Shown here: piece by piece, positions 25,664 through 37,462 of the stretch | Layout of the letters: every line of letters starts with the position of its first letter | How positions within the stretch are numbered: position 1 is the first letter of the stretch | Assembly (NCBI GenBank): GCA_026023565.1 | Contig: JAPETS010000023.1 | Span: forward strand, 186,001 to 250,000 | Source: Cirrosporium novae-zelandiae | Taxonomy: Eukaryota | Direction: 5' to 3' | DNA length: 64,000 nt | Program-made: the position numbers and the translations under genes | Notes under the pieces: model-generated | What the model was told of the DNA's origin: nothing | What the model saw: the letters and a program-made list of their open reading frames with translations, nothing else | Database searches by the model: none

Positions 25664-27465
25664 ATGGTTCGTATTTCTGAAGGGGCTTTGAATAGGAACT
25701 AATACTTGTGAAGGTTGTACTTGCAGCTTCAATATGCACACGGGGAGGGAAAGCCGTCTTATCTCGTCAATTCCGTGAGATTGCAAAGTCTAGAATCGAG
25801 GGTCTTTTGGCCTCTTTTCCCAAGCTCGCAGACTCAGGCACTCAACATACAACCGTCGAGCAAGACAATGTGCGCTATGTCTATCAGCCATTGGACGAGC
25901 TCTATATGGTACTCATAACCAATCGCCAATCAAATATCCTTCAAGACATCGACTCCCTTCACCTCTTTGCTCAGGTGGTAACTAGCATTTGCAAAAGCTT
26001 AGACGAGCGGGAGATATTGAGAAATGCCTTCGAGTTACTAAGTGCATTTGATGAGCTAGTTACCCTTGGGTACCGGGAGAACCTGTCCCTTACCCAGATC
26101 AAGACCTTCCTAGAGATGGAGAGCCATGAAGAAAGAATACAAGAGATAATTGCAAGAGTAAGCATGCCCCAGGAATGCCTTTACGTCCCTAACTTATATC
26201 AAAATTTTGCAGAATAAAGAGCTTGAAGCAAGCGAGGAACGAAAGAGGAAGGCTAAACAACTGGAATTACAACGAAAAGAAATGGCCAGAAGTGGCCGGA
26301 CTGCTATGCCTCGACCTCCATCCCATCCAGTTTACACCGCGCCTTCTACCCCAACTGTTACCGATACATATGATAGCTACGAAGCAGAGAAGAACAGGGC
26401 TCAAAAGTATGGGTGTTTTTCTCCCTGTCTCAAATTCAAGGTTGATAGGACTTTGGGGTTAATTTTATTCTAGGGTATCTACCCCTCGAGGCAAGGGTAT
26501 GCAGCTAGGGAAAAAATCGAAGACGACAAATATGTTCGAGCGCGTAAAGGAAGAACTTGGACCCGGAATGGAAGAGAGTGCACCGCTCGTCCCGATGCCT
26601 TCATCCATCGAGGCATTGGCATCCACTGGAGGATCGGCCTCTGTAGATAGTGATGCTATCCATATCACCATTGCCGAGTCCGTTACAGCCAAACTTGGTC
26701 ATCTGGGGACATCAAAAGGGCTAGAAGTTAAAGGCGACTTACAGCTTCGGATTTCTGACCCCTCATTGACAAAGTTGAGACTACTTCTTAACTCTGCCCA
26801 TAAAAACAGCGCCCAATTTCGGACACACCCTAACGTGGACCAAGAGGTATTTAACAATTCTAGAACCATCCAAATGAAAGATCCTTCTAAGGGGTTTCCT
26901 CTCAATAACTCCGTTGGAGTACTTCGTTGGCGTGCTACTCTCGATGATGAAGGTTCGGTTCCATGGCTCGACAATATCACTTTCACTATATGGATAAACT
27001 CAACTTCAAGTGGAACTTCCATCATAGTCGAATATGAATGGACATCGGGTGACCCAATTGAAGATGTGGTTGTCTCTATCCCATGTCGACGTACGACCGA
27101 ACCCACAGTTAAGAGTACGGACATGGTGTATGAGGCCAAAGGAGATAGCTTAGCCTGGACGATAGGAACTATTGACGGCAATAATTCTGGCGGCTCTTTT
27201 GAGTTTGAGGCACAAACTGAAGATGAAAACCAGTTCTTCCCTATGAATGTGCATTTCTCGCACTTTCAAATTTCTAGAGTTAGTCCATTTGTAGATGTGG
27301 ATGTGAGTCTGGACCTCCCTCGCTCGATACATAAATATTCTAACTCATTACTTCTTGCAGGTCGATTCGGTTATCCTACTTGTAGGAGAAGAAGACGTCT
27401 TATTCTCAAAGGAAGTAAAGTTAGTTGCTGAGAAATACGTGATAGAAAGGGAACCAGAGCCATAA
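25664..27465 (+). CDS. RET2: Coatomer subunit delta
   Basis: First coding exon is the ATG alone (25664-66), intron 25667-25713, then VVLAASICTRGGKAVLSRQF longin domain and a mu-homology domain (EVKGDLQLRI, FRTHPNVD, FFPMNVHF). Ends VIEREPEP*. Confidence 0.95.
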
Positions 27466-28057
27466 ATGCGTACATGATGTAATTGCAGTGGAGCGGTACT
27501 CATTGAATTTATACCAGTCAAAAAGAAGGGATATTTCCCCAGCATTGTAGAAAGTTTACATTATAGTCCATTCGTACATACAATATGGGTATTCTGGTAG
27601 AAGATGGCTCGTAGACTAAGCGATGACTTACAAACTCTTCTGTGCCTTAGCACCTTCCAAGGTTGTTCCAAAGAATCCAATCATTATAGCTAATTGGGTT
27701 TCCTTGAGAAACGCCTACATAGGACTTTCAATAATACTGGAAAATCGACTGCAACTGATTTGTTACATTCCTTTGGAGCTTCATCCATGAATTACAAAAT
27801 ATTCACCTAGGCTCTGTCCATGACGCAATTTCAATCAAGTCACTAAGCTTTCACGCGTCCCAAACGCCCACGAGCTTTTGAAATCCTGGATTTCCTTGTT
27901 GACTTCATTATTCACGTATATCCACCATTGATGCAATCGTCTTCGGGGCGATTATATCGACATGCTTGATCATATATGCCAAATCAGATATGTCCAAGAA
28001 CAGCGGCAGAGGAATTAATATTGATACATTGATGTTTGTGTGACTGGGCTTTAAGTC

Positions 28058-30752
28058 ATGGAGGAAGATATTCTGGAGCCGCAAGGGCTTCAGTTACTGA
28101 CGGAAAAGATCTTACCATTAAAAGGAAAGTCAAAAACGTTAGCCTATTGTCCAAGTATGGACTTAGTGGCAATTGCAACGGAAAATGAACAACTTCATGT
28201 TTTCAGACTCAATGGTCAACGTGTCTTTGGCACAACAACTATTAGAGACACCAACTTGGTTTTATCCCGCCTACGCTGGAAACCCAATGGTGAGAGACTC
28301 AAACTGTTGCATGGATTAATTACTGAAAATAGTTAGGAAAACTGTTGGCTGCGGGTTATAATGATGGAACAGTCCGAGTATTGAACGCTTATAGTGGGAA
28401 GATTGTCCATCGTCTGGATATATCTGCCGACTCTGGATTAGAGGTTACATGTCTAGGATGGGGATCTAGTCACTTTAGAAAGAAAGAGGGGTCGCGACCA
28501 AAACATATCTCTGCGGGCTCATCCTTGGGTCTTGCCGATATCTTCAGTAGGGCACAGAATGAGGTATCCCCAGCCATCTATGCAGATCTTCCTCGTGAAC
28601 TAGCTCTACTTGACATCGAAACGTCACTACCAAAATTGAGCCCGCTTCCTTCTTCAGGAAAAGAGTAAGATCCGAATATTTAATAAGAGAGATCATTACT
28701 AATGTCTACAATTATTAGGGACGATGTCTTTGGTTCCCGGGTCTCTCTAGATGCAATGTTTCACACATCCGGGAAACAAGGAGATAGTGTAGACATACTC
28801 ATAGCAGGACTTGGGAATGGAAAAATTCATATTCGAATTTTTGACTGCTTCCTTATTGGGGACTTTGATGTCGGAAAGGTAAATCCTGAATGGAAGCAAT
28901 ATAAGCCATTATTACATTGCTCAAACCCTCTGTCGTCCACACATGGCGTTATCTTTTCCATGGGCCCTGAAGGGTCAGAGAGAGTATACTTGGTCCCAAT
29001 AAAACTGGAATTTATTCCGATATCTGGACAGTATTTACCCATGGTCGCATCTAAATCTACTCAACTACAGAATTTACTACGATATATTCAGCAAATCCAA
29101 GAACAAATGCAAGCCGAGTGGAAAAGTGCCCAGGATCTTCCAGGAAAGTATATTCGCAATGCAAATGAAGACCTTGAGGAGAAATGCAATTGTGATTTTG
29201 TTACGGCAGCATACCACTTGCTTGTCACCGGCGACTGTTTCCTGCCATTAAAAGAGTTCTTGCTTGAACAGGTGGCGGAAAGGGTGATTGTTTACAACCT
29301 TACTAATCTCTTACTCTGCTAACGTTTAAAATAGGGACATAAACGATGGGAAAAGTCTATTACCACTGGCTATGAGAATATTCGTCGGCTGGCCTTGGAA
29401 AATTTCCTGCCAGCCCTGGAACGTTGTGCTGTGGTGGTCAGTAGATTAAGAGGTCTCTCAAGGTTCTCCAAGTCCAACAAACTACTTGGATTGAATACTC
29501 AAGATCTGACCAACATTCTCGATACACTCGACTGTCTGACTCTTTTAGGCCACAAAATTCTAAAGGACAGCAGTAGGGAGCTCGCACAATTCACAGCCTT
29601 TTCCGCATGGCTCCGTCAGGAGATAGACGTCCTTGCTACCGATCCGACTTCAAGCTCCGCGGAAGAAATTGCAGAGAAAGATGCCCTAATTGACTGCAGC
29701 CAGGCTCTTGGCTACATCGAAGGGCCAATGACAAAAAGCTGTCTCAACAGGTATTTCGAGAGGATGTCGGAGACTAAAAAGTCCGACATATGGAACTCCG
29801 AAGATTCGACCATTTTTGAAAAATATGCTATGGAACTGGAGAGTAATGAAGCACAACCGACCCCTGGTCAAGTGCTTGGACTTCAGGATCTTTCTTCTCA
29901 TCTCAACCAGCAGTGTCAAAAAATATTTAAGCAAATTGCAGAAACAGAAAGGAAGAATGTTGCATTTGAGCAACCAATTTTACTCTGGCCTCAGCCAGCT
30001 TCAAATGTTATGGATATGCGGATGCACTATCTGGTATGTAATTCGATTAGTTATTTGGGTCATTATTAATACCCTTTAGGAGGATGAGCAGCAAGTGGTA
30101 GTATATTGTGCGGCGACCTTTCAAGATTCCTCTGATTCTGGTTAGTTATGCTTGGTCCTTGATTATATATATAACTAATATAATCTAGTGCGTATAACTC
30201 GAGTAACCCTATCTCCAGATAGCTCCACGAGGAATGAATCACGGGTGGGAGAAACTTTGCTTCGGGTAAGAGATGTCAAGGTCCAAGATCTTAAAATCGC
30301 CGATGATCAGTTTCTGGTATTGCTTATACGGAGGGCGGGTATGTTGAATAGCCGTCTCATTCAGACGTTTATGTTTCGTATTATGCATTGACTGACATTC
30401 TCTTTTAGAATCTTCATATCTTTTAAGACTGCCCTATATAGAGATGTTTGCAGATAATAGTTGGCCAACTTATGTACAACGAGCTGGACATACCCCGGAT
30501 CCTGGGCCAGCGCTTGAGATTGACATGATGGAAACTGGTTTTTTTGATCGCTATGTTATCCATAATTTCGAAGAAGAAGCAAAGCTAGTTCCCGAAAGGT
30601 TGGAAATTGGTGGTCGTGAAGGACGGCGGGTTGTGTGCGTTTTGTTCTCAGATATTAGGCACTATTCGGTATATGACCTCGATAGTGCCCCAGAAGAGAC
30701 CACGGAAGGGACTATGATAGAGGATGAGACGACTATTAGCGGAAATGGATGA
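28058..30752 (+). CDS. APC4: Anaphase-promoting complex subunit 4
   Basis: YCPSMDLVA...FRLNGQRV...WKPNG WD40 start, DLPRELALLDIETSLPKLS, QLQNLLRYI, GHKRWEKS, FSAWLRQEID. About six introns. Confidence 0.9.
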
Positions 30753-31266
30753 TTTTATGATGGATGTTTGATGGGTTTTTATAATACATAGGAGAGGTCC
30801 CCTAAAAGAAATAATTTTTGAAATTGTAGATACCATGGCCATTAAACAAAGAATAGACCCTGCCTAAGACGGCAGGCAGGCAATGAAATATCATTTAGTG
30901 TTAGTTGGCATGTGTCAACTTCATGACTACAGTTTGATTATTTGATAATTATACCTAGATATCTCCATCTTTACTACACACAAACTTTTAATTACTTCTT
31001 AGAATGTCTACCGAGTGAATTAGTAGATCATCAAACTCTGATTGGATGTTGCGGGGCATCTTTATGCGACTTCCTACCACTTTCGCTTCAGCATAAAGTT
31101 GTTTTGTACGTCGCCTGGTCGCCAACTGAAGACGCACAATTTCAATTCAAGGAACACAGAAGATTTATTAAGTTGATTGAGCACACTCGAGGCCCATCAA
31201 CAGCTATAGCCGTATTTCAACACTACATCCGTCAGTCGCTCATTACTGAGAGAGAGAGCTCACACG

Positions 31267-34074
31267 ATGGACGTAAATCAAGTTCTCGCAAATACCATCT
31301 CCCCAGGTAAGCCTTCTTCACATGAACTGGACCCCTCCCCTCTATGATATGAAATTTGCTAACCGAAACGTATAGATGCTGTTGCACGTCAAGCAGCAGA
31401 ATCTCAGCTTAATCAAGCCGCTGAAGTTGACTTTGTAAGATGCGGTGACTCTAGTAGTGCCTAAAAGGAGACGTACACTGATAAACGCTTTTATAGTCTG
31501 CGTATTTGACAACTCTCGCTCAAGAGCTTGCAAACGAACAATCCCAGCCCCAGATCAGAACAGCTGCTGGTCTAGCGTTAAAAAATGCCTTTTCTTCCAG
31601 GGACTACAGTCGGCTACGAGAAATTCAGGCAAGATGGATAAATAATATTCAGCCTCAAGTGAAGACCTCGCTGAAGGAATTGGCTCTGGGAACCCTCGCT
31701 TCATCCGATGGTAGGGCAGGCCAATCCGCGGCACAGTTCATTACTGCTATAGCAAATATTGAAATACCGAGGAATGAATGGCCCGAGTTGATGGGGGTTC
31801 TTGTTCAAAATGTCAACCAAGGGCCAGATCATCTCAAACAAGCATCACTACAGACAATCGGCTATATTTGTGAAACCGAAGATGCGGACCTACGAGAAAG
31901 TTTGCATCATCATTCAAATGCAATTCTCACTGCCGTTGTCCAGGGAGCCAGGAAAGAAGAGCAAAATTTGGACATCCGGAATGCCGCAATAAACGCTTTA
32001 GGGGATTCTCTTGAGTTTGTCCGCCAGAACTTTGAGAGCGAAGGCGAAAGGAACTATATCATGCAAGTCATTTGCGAGGCTACACAAAGCCCAGACAGCC
32101 GCATACAGCAAGGTGCATTCGGCTGTCTGAACCGAATTATGTCTCTTTACTATGATAAGATGCGGTTCTACATGGAAAAGGCCCTGTTCGGATTAACTAT
32201 AATGGGCATGAAATCGGAGGAGGAAGACGTCGCAAAGCTTGCAATCGAGTTTTGGTGCACCGTTTGTGAGGAAGAAATTAATATTGAAGAAGACAATGTT
32301 CAGGTACCTAACTCTAAATCTCCATTTGAATGGTTTTATTGCTTACAATTTCTCCCAGGCTGCTGCCGATGGAGCCGAACTAAGAACACTTTTCAATTTC
32401 TCGCGGATTGCTGTGAGAGAAGTTGTTCCCACGCTATTGGAGCTTCTTACCAAACAGGATGAAGATGCCGGTGAAGATGACTATAATGTCTCCAGGGCCT
32501 CTTATCAATGCCTCCAACTTTACGCTCAGGCTGTTGGTGCTGATGTTGTTGGGCCTGTCCTATCCTTTGTCGAAGGGAATATCAGGAATGAGAATTGGCA
32601 TAATAGGGAAGCAGCAGTTTCTGCTTTCGGTGCTATCATGGACGGCCCTGACCCCAAGATGCTTGATCCACTGGTTAAACAAGCTATACCGGTATTAATT
32701 GGCATGATGGATGACAAAGTAGTTCAAGTTAGGGATTCTGCTGCTTACTCTCTTGGGCGTATTTGCGAATCTGTCCCTACGGCCATCGATCCAAACCTCC
32801 ATCTATCGCAACTTATTGGCGCACTCTTCAATGGATTATCCAGTAGTCCAAAGATGGCATCGTCCTGCTGCTGGGCGCTAATGAACCTTTCGGATAGATT
32901 TGCTGGAGAGCCTAACTGCGAGACAAATGACCTATCCAAGCACTTCCAAGAGAGCGTATCCCATTTGCTCCAGGCGACAGAGAGACCGGATGCTGATGGT
33001 CAACTGCGAACGGCTGCTTATGAGGTTCTCAACACATTTGTTCAAGATTCTGCCAACGAAAGCCTTCCGCTAGTGGCAAACCTCTCTGATGTTATTTTGC
33101 AACGATTTGAGGGAACCATCCCGATGCAACAACAAATTGTTGGAGTAGAAGATAAGATGATGCTTGAAGAGATGCAGACAAGCCTTGCAAGCGTTCTACT
33201 AGCAATCATAAACCGTCTAGACGCTCAAATCAAACCACAAGCGGACCGGATAATGCAGGTTCTTTTGCAGGCGTTGCAGACCGTGGGGGCTAAGTCAACC
33301 GTACCGGACACGGTGTTTGCAGCTATTGGTGCCCTTGCCAGTGCTATTGAAGAAGATTTCCTGAAATATATGGATTCATTCAAGCCTTTCCTCTACAATG
33401 CTCTGGCCAACCAAGAAGAATTGGGACTTTGCGCGATGGCAATTGGTATCGTAAGTGATATTGCTAGGTCTTTGCAGGAAAAGGTCTCACCATTCTGTGA
33501 TGATTTCATGAACTATCTACTTAATAATCTACGGAGTCCTGCTATGAGCAACCAGTTCAAGCCAGCAATTCTCCAAACATTTGGTGATATCGCCCAAGCC
33601 ATCGGAGGTCACTTCGAGAGTTATCTTTCCGTAGTCGCACAGGTGCTTCATCAGGCTGCCGGAGTGACTACGGACCAGGACGCTTCATATGAGATGTGGG
33701 AATACGTTATTTCCTTGCGAGAAGGTATCATGGATGCCTGGGGAGGAATTATTATTGCTATGAAGTCGAGTGGCAAGACAGAAGTCCTTAAACCATATGT
33801 TGAATTTATCTTTGGGATGCTTTCATCTGTTGCCCAGGACCCCGCCCGCAGTGAAGCTCTTATGCGTTCCGCTATGGGGGTCATCGGCGACCTTGCTGAC
33901 GCATTCCCAAATGGCGAGCTTGTCCATTATTATCGAAACGAGTGGCTAGTAAAGATGATTAAAGAAACTCGTTCGAACCGTGATTATGGCTCAAGAACGA
34001 CTGACACAGCTAGATGGGCTCGTGAAGCTGTTAAACGCCAGCTGGCTACGGTCCAAGGCGTTGCAATGGCTTGA
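31267..34074 (+). CDS. KAP95: Importin subunit beta-1
   Basis: MDVNQVLANTISP, IBN_N (RTAAGLALKNAF), HEAT repeats, AIEFWCTVCEEE, REAAVSAFGAIMDGP. Three introns. Confidence 0.96.
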
Positions 34075-34838
34075 GCCAAATATGAACACCCTCGAGCAAA
34101 GTGTTTGATGAGTTCAACTCGAAAGAAGCACGTGTCAAAAATGGCATAACCTCAAATGCTCTTTCGGCCCGTCCGCAGTCATGCAGAGCTATCGTTTTGC
34201 CATAACGATGATGCCACCCATGTAAACGCTGAAGTATCCCCTGTGATGAACGCCCGCGCAACCTCAGTCGAAGACATGATAGCCCTCTCGCAGTTCTCAT
34301 TTGCTAAAGAGTACTCTTAGAGCACCGGTAGCATTATGGTAACCCTACCCACCCCAATTACCCTGAGCAATACCCAGACAGTTTTCAATCAGAATGTCTA
34401 CCCCTATCCCCTACACACAACATCGCTCACCCCAACATCCCACGAACCAAAAAATACAACTATGCAACGATGTTGAATTGCTGGCCTATCGATAAGATTC
34501 CCTTTGTTTTGACGCCTGATGCCTTCATGTATCGCCCAATCATGTATCCCAGTCTTAACTATTTTTTCGGGTTTTAGAGTCCTTTTTGCCCGCCCTTTTA
34601 TCCATCTTAATTCAATAGTGGAAGAGGCTTGCTGGAGGTTCTGGAATGTTTCACAGCGGTAGTTATCTTCGGCGCCTTAGGAACCCTTGCATAGATTAGC
34701 GAACGAAGGAACTGGTCAACTCTTAACATTTGTTGGTTCATGTCCCTGTAATTTCGAGATCTTTGAAGCCCTAACGCTATGCCACAATAGATTATATGTA
34801 TTATTCGTACATGTTTGCACACTGTCATCCCGTTACAA

Positions 34839-35720
34839 TCATAATAGTTGGCCTGTAAGTCCTCCCTCAGCGCCAAATCTCTTTCTCCATGATTTTTTCG
34901 CTCTTCCCTTGCCTTTCCAACTCGTTAAGTCATCTATTGAATGTTCTCTCTCCCACTTTTCATCCTCCTTAAACGCCTCCAGCGCTTTATCAAACCTGTA
35001 CCCTGACTGTTCCAAATATAAGACCGCCACATCATACTCCGGAATCTTACACGCCACCATCAACCTCCTTATCTTTGTCTTTCTCCCCTCCTCCTCCTCC
35101 CCCTCTACGGGACGCGGGCTCAGACTTACCCCTCCTTTGTAATATTCGCCGGGAATGAGGAGAGTCCGTCGCGCAGCGAGCAGGTGATCAGAGTAGATGT
35201 TGTTGTAGCGGCGAAGGGCTAGCGCAGGGACGTTGTAGAGGAGGGAGAGCGAGAGGATAGAATCGGTAGAAGGATCTAGGAAATGAAGAACGTCAGGGGC
35301 AGTATCGGAGGCAGTGGAGGAAGCGTCTTTTGTGAACGAGGGCGGTGAAAAGCGGTCATCGGGGGTGTAAGATGGGGGACATTCATTAGATAGCTCTGGG
35401 GTCAATATAGCAGGTGGTGTATGCGAAGGAGAGTAAGCGGGGGGGTCACGAAGACCTTGAGGGAGAGGGGTTGGCGTGATAGGGATCTGGCAGAAAGGAC
35501 AATATTGTCCAAAACGAGGGTTGGCCTACAGGCGAGGGCAGTCAATTGCACGCTCAGCGAATGAGAAAAAAAGGCCTACAGTAATACATTGCCAGCATAT
35601 TATGCGTTGACAGCAGTCCAATCTTCGATAACCGGGTAGTGGTTTCTCGCTCTTCTCGTCAAAAGCAGGACTAATTCCAGCCAGGAGAGTAGCACATGTA
35701 CAGCAGGCTTCGTCGGCCAT
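34839..35720 (-). CDS. Intracellular LysM-domain protein with Cys-rich N-terminus
   Basis: Exon 1 CCTCA...LDCCQRIICWQC, exon 2 YCPFCQ, LysM-like HFLDPSTDSILSLSLLYNVPALALRRYNNIYSDHLL...LLIP. No signal peptide. Confidence 0.8.
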
Positions 35721-36303
35721 TGTATTAAGTAGTTTGCAAAGACTTTTGCGCAGCTAAGCACTTATAAATAAAATCAAAATATTTGCTAAACGTAGAAAGT
35801 ACATAGATATACAAGTAATACGACAGTCGATAATTATCTGAGTTCAATGACGCCACCATCCCAAGGCCATCCAACAACCGGGACAGCGATAAGGATAAGG
35901 GCTGTCATTTTAGTGCCCTAACTTTACACCTGAGGCTACCAAACTAAGCGAAAATTTCTTCACCACCAGAGCTTTCGTTAAGCTTCAAGATCCCAACAAC
36001 CTACTTCAGCCATACGACAAAAAAAAACGCATCCTCGAGGTACGTCTACCCATTCATTCTCATAACAATGAATCAAGGTCTCTTCGCCTCGTCGTCGATT
36101 GCGATATGTGCAAGTACCTCAGCTTGCACTGAGCCTTAGAACCTTTCATCCAACCCCGTAAAGGGGAAAGGCACTCTCTGCGCTCCAAGCTAACATCGTC
36201 CTCCGTCCCTGTACGGAACATGCAGATACCTCAACTCTTAGAGACCTTACTGCCAAATATTCACCTGAGTTGAGAATCTCATACCGACAACAAATTAGTC
36301 AAG

Positions 36304-37155
36304 ATGGTTAAGACTAGTGTACGGCGCTCCTGTTAATTCCTACCTCACTGTGAAAATCTGCAGTAATGCTGATGGCCTCCTAGGTACTCAACGACGCTCT
36401 TAAGTCGATCAACAATGCTGAGAAGGCTGGAAAGCGCCAGGTCCTCATCCGACCTAGCTCAAAGGTCATCATCAAGTTCCTCCAAGTCGTAAGTTTTCCA
36501 AGTGATAAATCCTCCAGAAGAGTAATTACTAACAATCTCTAGATGCAAAAGCATGGTTAGTAAAATCTATTTCACCATACGCCTATCTACTTATTTCCCC
36601 TCTATTGCACCACCCAACACCATCTTCGGATTGATAACTAGATGGTGGTCTCAAAATCCCAACGATCATTGTCCTTTAAGTATCCGATATAGCAAACCCC
36701 AATTACCGCGAGAATTCTTACACGTTCCCTGATTCTCCCCCGTGATTGAAAACGTTTATTTTCTCGCAACAAATCAACATGCAATAACAGAGGGAAACCG
36801 AATTTAAACTAACGTTCCCACTCCTATAGGCTACATCGGTGAATTCGAGGAAGTCGATGACCACCGCAGCGGCAAGGTAAAGCATCAAGACTTTTATCCC
36901 CCCCCCAAAAACCAGCGAAAAACTAACTCTTTTTTCAACCAGATCGTGATCCAGCTCAACGGGCGTCTCAACAAGACTGGGGTGATCAACCCTCGCTACA
37001 ACGTCCAGCTCCGCGATCTCGAGAAATGGGTCGTTAAGCTCCTTCCTTCCCGTCAATTCGGATACATTGTCCTGACTACCAGCGCTGGAATTATGGACCA
37101 CGAGGAAGCTAGGAGAAAGCACGTGGCTGGCAAGATTATTGGGTTTTTCTACTAG
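36304..37155 (+). CDS. RPS22: 40S ribosomal protein uS8 (S22/S15a)
   Basis: Five coding exons: MVKTS / [35 protein letters not shown] / MQKH / [16 protein letters not shown] / [11 protein letters not shown]...GFFY*. An extra 5'-UTR intron starts at 36040. Confidence 0.97.
36625..36774 (+). ncRNA. snR44: Box H/ACA snoRNA, snR44 homolog, in an RPS22 intron
   Basis: Hairpin 1 closed by TCGGAT/ATCCGA, H box ATAGCA 36689-94, hairpin 2 closed by GCGAGAA/TTCTCGC, ACA 36769-71. Pocket strands GATAACT/TTTAA and TTCTTAC/TATTT. Yeast snR44 also lies in an RPS22B intron. Confidence 0.88.
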
Positions 37156-37462
37156 ACGGTGATTTAAAAAAGGAATGGAAAGAGTGGTGGCGGAGGGTGG
37201 GTAGGATGACGTGGATGCAGTGAATCTTATGCATATTGAAACGTCTTGAATAACTCATGAAGCTTATGCGCATCGGATACGGATAGATATTTCTACTGTG
37301 TCAAGCTAGTATAGCTGGAATGATGATGTCCAAAAACAAAAGAAAAAGCGATAGCCGAATTTCAAAAGTGCATCTTCTCTATCATCAATCTACATTCCAT
37401 TCTATAATAATCGTAAGCGATCATCATCATCATAAACCATCATAAACCAACATAACCACATT

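Noticed and set aside
34244..34366. GTGATGA…CTGA as a possible C/D snoRNA behind KAP95
   Set aside because: No terminal stem and no recognisable rRNA-complementary guide; likely 3' UTR.
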